From assembly GCA_041657885.1 (NCBI GenBank), contig JBBABB010000001.1:267184-331183 (forward strand): a stretch of DNA of 64,000 nt, given 5' to 3'. Below are positions 54,752 to 62,484 of this stretch, piece by piece. The stretch's first letter is position 1, and every line of letters begins with the position of its first letter. Made by a program: the position numbers and the translations under genes. This DNA is from Minisyncoccota bacterium. Its GTDB lineage: Bacteria > Patescibacteriota > Minisyncoccia > Phycocordibacterales > UBA9973. A model generated the notes under the pieces. The model was given only the letters and a program-made list of their open reading frames with translations. It did not search any database and was not told the DNA's origin.

Positions 54752-56065
54752 ATGGAGAAGGAAGAAAAGAAAGAACCATTATCACAAGAAGGAGACCTGC
54801 CCGAAATGCACAAGCAGGCGGGAAATTATATTAAAAAGCTTGGCCCAGGAATTATTACTGGAGCAGCCGATGATGACCCCGCTGGAATTGCTACCTATTC
54901 TCAAGCTGGTGCTCAATATGGAACAGGTCTAACTTGGCTTGCTGCTTGGACATATCCCTTTGTAGCTACCGTTCAAGAAATGTGCGCTCGTATTGCTCTC
55001 GTCACCGGACGAGGTTTGGCCGCTAACATAAAACATACCTATTCAAGAGAAATACTTTACGTTTGTACAATTCTTTTATTTTTTGCTAACACATTAAATA
55101 TTGGTGCTGATTTAGGGGCCATGGCAAAAGCAGTCCAGCTACTAGCTCCCGGGGCTTCATTTATTTTTTTAGTTGTGTTTATTGGTATCGTTGGATTATT
55201 TTTAGAAATATTAATTCCCTATAGAAGATATACAAAATATCTCAAATGGTTAGTTATCGCCGTTTTTGCATATATTGCCACTGGATTAATTATCAATATG
55301 GATTGGTCTGTGTTGCTACGAGATGGACTTATTCCACAAATTACATTTTCTAAAACTCAAATTCTTCTCATCACCGGAATATTGGGAACTACCATTTCTC
55401 CATATTTATTTTTCTGGCAAACTTCACAAGAAATAGAAGAGGAAATTTCCGAAGGCAAGACGACTGTTCGCTCACGCAAAGGAACTACCCACGCCGAAAT
55501 TAAAGAAATGCGAGTTGATATTTGGGCTGGAATGTTTTTGTCTAATCTCGTCATGTTCTTTATTATTGCTGTCTGCGCTAATACTCTTTTTGTCAATGGA
55601 ATTACAAACATAAGTACCGCCGCCGATGCTGCTCGTGCACTTCGTCCTCTTGCTGGACAATGGGCATCGTTACTTTTTGCCGTAGGAATTATTGGAACTG
55701 GATTGTTGGCTATTCCAGTACTGGCGGGTTCCGCTGCTTACGCAATTTCTGAAAGTTTTGGATGGAGAGAAGGATTATACCGAAAATTTAAAACAGCTCA
55801 TGCATTTTATGGAGTCATCGCTGTTTCAATTATCATCGGTATTTTAATTAATTTTATTGGCATTGACCCGATTAAAGCGCTCATTTATTCGGCCATTGTA
55901 AACGGAGTTGTTGCTCCAGTAATTCTGATATTCATAGTTAAAATAAGTAGTAGTAAAAAAATAATGGGTGAATTTAAAAATTCCCTGATAATAAAAATAT
56001 TAGGATGGACAGCAACCATATTTATGGGCATTGCCGCAGTTGCTACAATTATTTCCTTGTTCTAA
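54752..56065 (+). CDS. NRAMP-family divalent metal transporter
   Basis: GPGIITGAADDDPAGIATYS, GTTISPY. Confidence 0.9.
   Translation: MEKEEKKEPLSQEGDLPEMHKQAGNYIKKLGPGIITGAADDDPAGIATYSQAGAQYGTGLTWLAAWTYPFVATVQEMCARIALVTGRGLAANIKHTYSREILYVCTILLFFANTLNIGADLGAMAKAVQLLAPGASFIFLVVFIGIVGLFLEILIPYRRYTKYLKWLVIAVFAYIATGLIINMDWSVLLRDGLIPQITFSKTQILLITGILGTTISPYLFFWQTSQEIEEEISEGKTTVRSRKGTTHAEIKEMRVDIWAGMFLSNLVMFFIIAVCANTLFVNGITNISTAADAARALRPLAGQWASLLFAVGIIGTGLLAIPVLAGSAAYAISESFGWREGLYRKFKTAHAFYGVIAVSIIIGILINFIGIDPIKALIYSAIVNGVVAPVILIFIVKISSSKKIMGEFKNSLIIKILGWTATIFMGIAAVATIISLF
54796..54822 (+). repeat. In-frame CCTGCCCG..GCAGGCGGG element (27 nt)
   Basis: cctgcccgaaatgcacaagcaggcggg (LPEMHKQAG). Confidence 0.7.
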
Positions 56066-56084
56066 TAAAAATGTAATTGGGTTT

Positions 56085-56495
56085 TTATCCATGGTTTAGT
56101 TTATTTCGGAATCTCTTATTTTCAAGTTGGCGGATACCTGCTTCACTAAAACCGAAATGATGCCCGACTTCATGCCAGACAACTTCGTAAACTAGCTCCT
56201 TTATTTTTTCTGGGTCGCCTGCGCAAATATTTTCTATCGGTTTCTGAAAGATAGTAATCTTGTCGGGTAGAACATTGAAATACCCTTCCCCCCGCTTCGT
56301 CCGAGGTACACCTTCATAGAGCCCAAGAAGTGTTTGTCTGAGCATTATATTTTTCTCTCTTAATTTTCTGCTTCGAGTCTCGTCTTCCACAAAAAAAGCA
56401 ACATTGTTGATTTTCTTTTTTATGTTATCTGGAAACCTCTTTAGTGCGTCCGCCACCAACTTTTCAAAATCTTCTGTTCTCATATTGTGCCCCAC
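56085..56495 (-). CDS. Zincin-like metallopeptidase (DUF1025 type)
   Basis: LLGLYEG, PDKITIFQ, HEVGHHFG. Confidence 0.88.
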   Translation of the reverse strand: MGHNMRTEDFEKLVADALKRFPDNIKKKINNVAFFVEDETRSRKLREKNIMLRQTLLGLYEGVPRTKRGEGYFNVLPDKITIFQKPIENICAGDPEKIKELVYEVVWHEVGHHFGFSEAGIRQLENKRFRNKLNHG

Positions 56496-56500
56496 TAATA

Positions 56501-56755
56501 TTACTCTGCCGGGAAAATTGCCAAACCTTCCCCTGCTTTTTGTGAAAGCTTTATTGCTATCTCTTGTCCCTTTTTCCCTGACTGGATTGGCTTATGATCC
56601 AGTTCCATGGAAGTGATTGTCTCCTCAAACTCTTGGCCACCGTGTTTTATTTTTATCTTGTCTCCAACTCGAAGAACTTCATTGAGTTTGACCACAGCTA
56701 CGCTAATCTTGTCGTACCAGTGGGTTATTTTCCCAATTGAATTATTTTTTACCAT
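56501..56755 (-). CDS. Translation-factor beta-barrel-like small protein
   Basis: IGKITHWYDKISVAVV..LRVGD.I. Confidence 0.75.
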   Translation of the reverse strand: MVKNNSIGKITHWYDKISVAVVKLNEVLRVGDKIKIKHGGQEFEETITSMELDHKPIQSGKKGQEIAIKLSQKAGEGLAIFPAE

Positions 56756-56856
56756 AAAATTTATATGTTAAATTGTTTTATAAAATCGACTCCTTTTTTC
56801 TCTCTAATACTATAATTGTAATACAAACAACAAAAAAAGAAAACAAGCCAACCAAA

Positions 56857-56892
56857 TAACATTCTCACATTCTTGAGAATGTGAGAATGTTA
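56857..56892. repeat. Palindrome overlapping the stop codon of the HTH gene
   Basis: taacattctcacattct-tg-agaatgtgagaatgtta, perfect 17-bp stem. Confidence 0.9.
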
Positions 56893-57171
56893 AAATTGGC
56901 TAATAAAAAGACAGAAATTCTTTCCGTAGGGGGAAATAGTATGTTCTACTTTGCGTCCTCTATATGATTTATTTAGCAAACCGGCTTGAACTAGACGTCG
57001 AGTATGTTCAGATATAGTTTTCATATTACAATCCAGACTCTCTGCAATATCTTCTAATGTAATCCCTGAATTTTTAAACACAAGCATTAATATCGCAATA
57101 CGACGATGATTTGCTACTCCCTTAAAATGCCTTTCAAGTTGTTTGGCTGTTTTTAATTTATTTGTTTTCAT
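56890..57171 (-). CDS. ArsR-like winged-helix protein flanked by palindromes
   Basis: FKGVANHRRIAIL..IAESL..TISEHTRRLVQAGLL. Confidence 0.85.
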   Translation of the reverse strand: MKTNKLKTAKQLERHFKGVANHRRIAILMLVFKNSGITLEDIAESLDCNMKTISEHTRRLVQAGLLNKSYRGRKVEHTISPYGKNFCLFISQF

Positions 57172-57182
57172 ATTTTTATTCT

Positions 57183-57220
57183 ACCACATTCCGACATTCT
57201 TGAGAATGTCGGAATGTGGT
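57183..57220. repeat. Palindrome immediately upstream of the HTH gene
   Basis: accacattccgacattct-tg-agaatgtcggaatgtggt, perfect 18-bp stem. Confidence 0.9.
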
Positions 57221-57233
57221 TTAATACTTATTT

Positions 57234-58130
57234 TTACTCCCAGCAAATCTCTAGTTTCTCCCCTATTACTCCTTCGAGATATTTCTCAACTTCATTTATT
57301 CCCCCTATCTCATCTATCAAACCTAGTTCTTTCGCTTTCTCTCCAAGTACTGTTGAACCATCGGCAAATTTTTTGACTTCCTCTATCGGTATTTTACGAT
57401 TATCTGAAACTGCTTTGACGAAATTCTCATAAATAATATTTACATCTCTCATAAACAAATCTTTTTCTTCTTTAGTTAAAGACATATCAGGACTTCCAGA
57501 ATCTTTAAATTTACCTGAACTTAACTGCTCATATGCATATCCCTCTTTTTTATTATTTTCTGCATTATTCAAATAAGACATTGTCACTCCAATACTTCCC
57601 ACATCTGAATTCTTTGATGCCCATATTCTACTTGCGCTACTTATTGACCAATATGCAGACGAAGCTCCTATATCTCTTATGAAAGCAATGACTGGCTTAT
57701 CACTATTTTTAATCGCGTCAGCAATCTCTTCTCCAGCTACAGGTGAACCACCAACTGAATCCACTTCAACTACAATAGCTTTAATATCAGGATTTGCATT
57801 GGCATTTTGTATTGACCAGAGAACGTTTTCACTCGCAACAACATCATAATCAACAGAAGGGTCACCCTCTGCATGCTCCGGTATATACGTCATTACAGTT
57901 CCATGCAAGTTAATACCTGTAACTGTGCAATCCTCATTTATATATTTATCAGAACCATCTGAAAATGAATTATTACCAGAAGGCCAACCAATCACAAAAT
58001 AAAGGATAATTCCCCCAATCCCGATACCTAAAGCAATAATCAATATCCACCTAATAGGTGACACAAGTTTTTTAAAAAATGTTTTAATTTTTTCCAATAT
58101 AATTTTCCCTTTAAATGTCGGCTCGTCCAT
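57234..58130 (-). CDS. sppA: Signal peptide peptidase SppA (S49)
   Basis: DSVGGS, ASSAY, GSIGV, GKFKD, GLIDEIG. Confidence 0.93.
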   Translation of the reverse strand: MDEPTFKGKIILEKIKTFFKKLVSPIRWILIIALGIGIGGIILYFVIGWPSGNNSFSDGSDKYINEDCTVTGINLHGTVMTYIPEHAEGDPSVDYDVVASENVLWSIQNANANPDIKAIVVEVDSVGGSPVAGEEIADAIKNSDKPVIAFIRDIGASSAYWSISSASRIWASKNSDVGSIGVTMSYLNNAENNKKEGYAYEQLSSGKFKDSGSPDMSLTKEEKDLFMRDVNIIYENFVKAVSDNRKIPIEEVKKFADGSTVLGEKAKELGLIDEIGGINEVEKYLEGVIGEKLEICWE

Positions 58131-58226
58131 AAAGTTATACTTTCATCATAAACCTTTTTATAAAAGATGACAAATTATTCCATAATAAGAACTGCTCTTG
58201 TTATACAATGGAGGATATAATTGAAG

Positions 58227-58541
58227 TTATTTTATCATTTTAAAAACGACTTCATCACCATCAAAAAGTGGAGAATATTGTTTTGGTGGATAACCATTGA
58301 TAGTAAACCCTAATTCCCCTGGCTTACAAACTTTCATCATTTTGGGATATTCCATAAAAATACTATTAAGTAAAAACATAAAATTAGCACTAGTACTCAT
58401 CGCTACTTTGTGACCAGAAGTACCTGTTATTTTTTCTAAATTTTTATCAAATATAACATTAATAGAGATAGAACTTGAAAAATTTTTTTCATCTTGAATT
58501 TCAGGCTTATATGATTTTACTTTTTGTATTTTTGTTTTCAT
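58227..58541 (-). CDS. Hypothetical beta-grasp (MoaD/ThiS-like) protein without C-terminal GG
   Basis: FTING..LFDGDEV pattern. Confidence 0.55.
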   Translation of the reverse strand: MKTKIQKVKSYKPEIQDEKNFSSSISINVIFDKNLEKITGTSGHKVAMSTSANFMFLLNSIFMEYPKMMKVCKPGELGFTINGYPPKQYSPLFDGDEVVFKMIK

Positions 58542-58753
58542 AAAATTATTCTTTTCTTAATCTCATCTAGCACTTTTAAAAACTCCTCAATGTGATCATG
58601 AAATATGACGATATTATTTTTGATTCGCTCTTCATTTTCTTGCCTAGATTCTGTGATGTGGAGATATTTCTCACCTGATTTAGTCATCCTTATATCAAAA
58701 AAGTATGTCCGACCCCCGGCTTTAATGTTTTTTGAATAAATAGATTCTTGCAT
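58538..58753 (-). CDS. PUR-like / DUF3276 nucleic-acid-binding protein
   Basis: YSK.IKAGGRTYFFD..YLHITES..IVIF. Confidence 0.85.
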   Translation of the reverse strand: MQESIYSKNIKAGGRTYFFDIRMTKSGEKYLHITESRQENEERIKNNIVIFHDHIEEFLKVLDEIKKRIIL

Positions 58754-58774
58754 AATATTTATTATTTAGTTATT

Positions 58775-59374
58775 TTATTTTTTCCAGATAATATGTCCAT
58801 TAATACTATGCTTTTCATAAGTTTCTAGGATATCGGTACAAAACTTTTCTAATTCCCTATTATTTTCACTTTTTGCTAATTCATATAAACGAATGAACAT
58901 TCTCTTGCCAGTTTCGGTTTGTTTTAAATTTTTCTTAATAAAATTATGTTGTGAGCATAAAATTTGTCCATTTTCAATTGTTGCTTCACCTCCAAGATCT
59001 TTGGGTTTTATATGATCAACATGTAAATCAATACCGTCTTTTTTACCTCTGCCACAAATTACACATTTATATCCATCTCTTTTCAGAATTATCACTTTTT
59101 GAGCAACAGTAAAATCTTCCAATTCTCTTTTGTATGCTTTATCGGGATCATATTTATAAATCCCTTTTGCAATTTTTATTAAAAAACCACTTTGAGATAA
59201 ATGACGAATAGCTCTGTCGGGGTCACGAAAAACATTGCCTGTTCTTTTCAGATAAGTTGATACCACCCAATCAACAACTTCTGGGTGTTTTATATCTCTA
59301 TTTGGATTTTTCTTAAAAAACTCAATAATAAGGTTTTTTTGAATATTATTATTTTTCTTATTGTTTTTTTTCAT
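58775..59374 (-). CDS. HNH endonuclease (probable type II restriction enzyme)
   Basis: CVICG..HVDHIKP..GG..NGQILC..HN; adjacent to a methyltransferase. Confidence 0.85.
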   Translation of the reverse strand: MKKNNKKNNNIQKNLIIEFFKKNPNRDIKHPEVVDWVVSTYLKRTGNVFRDPDRAIRHLSQSGFLIKIAKGIYKYDPDKAYKRELEDFTVAQKVIILKRDGYKCVICGRGKKDGIDLHVDHIKPKDLGGEATIENGQILCSQHNFIKKNLKQTETGKRMFIRLYELAKSENNRELEKFCTDILETYEKHSINGHIIWKK

Positions 59375-59378
59375 AAAA

Positions 59379-60305
59379 TTATTTCAATAAATTTAATTGA
59401 TTAATTTTTGCTTCTTCTTGTAAGCGTTTTATTGCCATATTACAATAATCTTTATCTATATCAATACCAATTCCTTTTCTATTATGTAAATAAGAAGCAA
59501 TAAGAGTTGACCCACTACCTAAAAATGGATCCAATACTATATCACCAATAAAACTAAAAAGTTTTATGCATCGTTTTGGTAATTCAACTGGAAATGGTGC
59601 AGGATGTCCACCTGCCCCCTTTTTACTTTGTCCATTAAATGTCCAAATGCCATTTGTCCAATCCATAAATTCTTTTTTAGTAATATCATTTTCTCTACTA
59701 TTTCCAGTTTTTTTCCAGCTATCTTTATATAAAACTAATATTAGTTCTACTGGTGCAATAACATAAGGAGCAGAGGCAGACATAAAAGAACCCCATGCGG
59801 TACGACGAGATATATTTCCTTCGTTCCAAATAATTGTTGAGTGATATTTCCAGCCAACATCTTTTGCAATTTTTGTAATATCCGCACCAACAGACTTCTG
59901 TCCTCCTTTATTTTTATCAAGTGGAATGTTGAGTAAAAATCGTCCTTCATTTTTAGCTAAATCAAAACATTTTTTAATCCATTTTTGAGTAAATTCTAAA
60001 TAATCTTCATAGGTTAAATTATCACCATTGGAATTATAATGAATGTCAACATTATATGGTGGCGAAGTAATAATCAAATCAACTGAATTGTTTGGAATTG
60101 TGGAAATTTTTAAAATATCATCATTAAAAATTTTTATATTCTTTGTTTCAAAATAAACCCCATCCATTTTTTTTGCAATTGGAACAGAGTATGAGGCCAC
60201 TGAAGTCTCGCGAACTAAATCATTTTTCAAAGATGGTTTTTTATAATATTTCCTGATTATTTTTTGTGTTTTTTTATAAATCTTTTTTTGTTTTTTATTT
60301 TTCAT
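59379..60305 (-). CDS. N4/N6 DNA methyltransferase, beta class
   Basis: TSPPY precedes HPAPFP and DPFLGSGST. Confidence 0.92.
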   Translation of the reverse strand: MKNKKQKKIYKKTQKIIRKYYKKPSLKNDLVRETSVASYSVPIAKKMDGVYFETKNIKIFNDDILKISTIPNNSVDLIITSPPYNVDIHYNSNGDNLTYEDYLEFTQKWIKKCFDLAKNEGRFLLNIPLDKNKGGQKSVGADITKIAKDVGWKYHSTIIWNEGNISRRTAWGSFMSASAPYVIAPVELILVLYKDSWKKTGNSRENDITKKEFMDWTNGIWTFNGQSKKGAGGHPAPFPVELPKRCIKLFSFIGDIVLDPFLGSGSTLIASYLHNRKGIGIDIDKDYCNMAIKRLQEEAKINQLNLLK

Positions 60306-60342
60306 TAGTCATATTATATCATATTTAAAAGCTTTTTGTATA

Positions 60343-60603
60343 TTACCAACTCTTATACGCATCTTTGCGATGGTGGATTCTAAGGATTAAAATAACGAGT
60401 TCTTTTTTTCTTATTTCATATATAATCCGAAAAGGCCAGGCTCGCATAGAATATTGATTTGGTAATTCACCACTCAATTTCTTCCCAGAAAAAGGATACT
60501 TGAGAATTGCTTCAAGAATTACACGAGCTTTTATACGGTCTGCATCTTCTAAATTAGCGAGTCCTTTTTTTGCTCTTGGTTTTAGAACGAGTATAAACGC
60601 CAT
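60343..60603 (-). CDS. RelE/ParE-family toxin
   Basis: GKKLSG..YSMRAWPFRIIY..IHHRKDAY. Confidence 0.88.
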   Translation of the reverse strand: MAFILVLKPRAKKGLANLEDADRIKARVILEAILKYPFSGKKLSGELPNQYSMRAWPFRIIYEIRKKELVILILRIHHRKDAYKSW

Positions 60604-60925
60604 ATTTTCTTTTTGGTTTTTCTGCGACCTTTACTGCCATCCCCCATTCTCTTTTTAAATCATCAAATGTGGACCATTTTTTCCATTCACCAGTACGAAA
60701 TGCTTCATCTGCTTCTGCAATGTCTTTTTTAATATCAGGAAATTCTTCTAAAACAGAAATTGTTTCAATCAATGATTCATATTCCTCGGCAGACATAATA
60801 ACTACCTTTGGTTTGCCACCTTCGGTAATAGTATAAACTCTGTTTGGTATTTGCACTTCTTCGGCAATATCAAATATGCGCTTACGAGCCTCTGTTATTG
60901 AAATTGTTCTTTTTGTATCCATCAT
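60554..60925 (-). CDS. Phd/YefM-family antitoxin
   Basis: ISITEAR..ITEGGKPKVVIMSAEEYESLIET; overlaps the toxin. Confidence 0.88.
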   Translation of the reverse strand: MMDTKRTISITEARKRIFDIAEEVQIPNRVYTITEGGKPKVVIMSAEEYESLIETISVLEEFPDIKKDIAEADEAFRTGEWKKWSTFDDLKREWGMAVKVAEKPKRKYGVYTRSKTKSKKRTR

Positions 60926-60964
60926 ATGTGTACATTATAACGTACATACTTTTTTAAAGCAAGC

Positions 60965-61624
60965 TTATAAAATTTTTGCTTGTTGAAAACTCAAATAGCC
61001 ACTTTTACTTAAAATGATATGATCTATAATATTAATGCCAAGAATTTTACCAGCTTCCACTAAACGCTTTGTAACTTCTTTATCTTCAGGCGAAGGTTCT
61101 AAATCTCCAGATGGATGATTATGTGCAATAATTATACTCGCTGCATGAAAAGATAATGCAGGTTCAAAAACTTCCCGTGGGTGCACAAGACTGGCATTCA
61201 ATGTTCCGATAGAAATAGTCTGACGTTCTATAAGACAATTTTGAGTATCAAGATAAAAAGCAACGAAATTTTCTCTTTGCAATGTACGAATATCCGCGCA
61301 AAAATTCCAAACATCACTCGCAGAAAGAATTTCTGGTTTATTTTCAGTATTTAATCTTTTTCCTAATTCAAGGAGAGCTGTGATTTGTGAAGCTTTTGCA
61401 GAGCCAAGACCTTTTATTTCTAATAAATCCTTGAGAGTTATTTTTTTAATTCCTATTTTTTTTATCTTTACTAAAATTTTCTTTGATAATTCAAGAACAT
61501 TTAACCCTTGAATTCCAGAACCTAAGAGAAGTGCTAAAAGTTCATAATCTTTTAATTTTTCAGAACCATATTTTGCAAGTTTTTCACGGGGTAAATCTAC
61601 TTTTTGTAAATCTTTAATTTTCAT
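60965..61624 (-). CDS. radC: RadC (JAB/MPN domain) protein
   Basis: PREKL, ELLALLL, VHPREVF, HNHPSGD..PS..D, DHII. Confidence 0.93.
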   Translation of the reverse strand: MKIKDLQKVDLPREKLAKYGSEKLKDYELLALLLGSGIQGLNVLELSKKILVKIKKIGIKKITLKDLLEIKGLGSAKASQITALLELGKRLNTENKPEILSASDVWNFCADIRTLQRENFVAFYLDTQNCLIERQTISIGTLNASLVHPREVFEPALSFHAASIIIAHNHPSGDLEPSPEDKEVTKRLVEAGKILGINIIDHIILSKSGYLSFQQAKIL

Positions 61625-62047
61625 AATTAATTCGTAATTACTCTTCCATCATACTCCTTTTTTCTCATCTTCTCAAACCCCCAAAGAAAAAGGTCGCATC
61701 CAATCTGATTGGGCGACCTTAATTAGCATCTTGAATTTTCATGGGGGAATTTTTTTGTAAAACTTTTAATAATTAAACAAATTTTTCTGCGTATTTTCGG
61801 CAGTGTTTATTGCCACAGCAATAAACGGAATTGTTATTTAAAGACACTTTCCATTTTGCTGATTTTTTACAATCTGGCTTTAAACAAATTTTTTTTCGAC
61901 TTAAACTCCAAGATACTTTTTGAAAAATCAGTCGTTCTTTTGTCATAGTAGTGCGTTTTTAGATTAACGAATTTTGCCTTCATTTTACAATTTATGGAGG
62001 GAGTTGTCAAATTAAACTTTTTGCACAAAATTAAAAGATGAAATTTT

Positions 62048-62184
62048 TTGTATGCTTCGCATGCAGAATTATTGTGTATCACGAGTTACTAAGTATAGCG
62101 GACCATGAGTACATTTCTCGCCCGCGACTAAAATTAGTGTTGTATGCTTCATATGCTAAATTATTGTGTATCACGAGTTACTAA
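62048..62184. repeat. Two 45-bp direct repeats
   Basis: ttgtatgcttc..aattattgtgtatcacgagttactaa at 62048-62092 and 62140-62184. Confidence 0.75.
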
Positions 62185-62281
62185 ATTTTTTGCTTCATTA
62201 AATCGCAAAAAACGTAAGTACTCGCGACCCCGGCTCGGTAATTTTTGTACTCAAAAATTATACCTGCGCCTTCCACAGACT

Positions 62282-62310
62282 AAAAATCCCCAAGCAGTTG
62301 GGGATTTTTT
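62282..62310 (-). terminator. Terminator of tRNA-Ala
   Basis: aaaaatccccaa-gcag-ttggggattttt. Confidence 0.7.
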
Positions 62311-62317
62311 ACGTCTG

Positions 62318-62390
62318 TGGACCTTAGCGGACTCGGACCGCTTGCCTCCTCATTGCAAATGAGGCGCTCTACCAGATGAGCTAAAGGCCC
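62318..62390 (-). tRNA. tRNA-Ala(TGC)
   Basis: GGGCCTT..AAGGTCC acceptor; CCTCA-TTTGCAA-TGAGG anticodon arm. Confidence 0.92.
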
Positions 62391-62484
62391 AATGTAAACA
62401 TCTTACCGTATTTTTATTTTTTTGCAATAGTTAGTTTTATACTTTTCAATAAAAAACAAAAGTGATCTCCCTCTTTTTTATATA

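Noticed and set aside
62048-62184. CRISPR array
   Set aside because: Only two imperfect 45-bp units and no cas genes in the window
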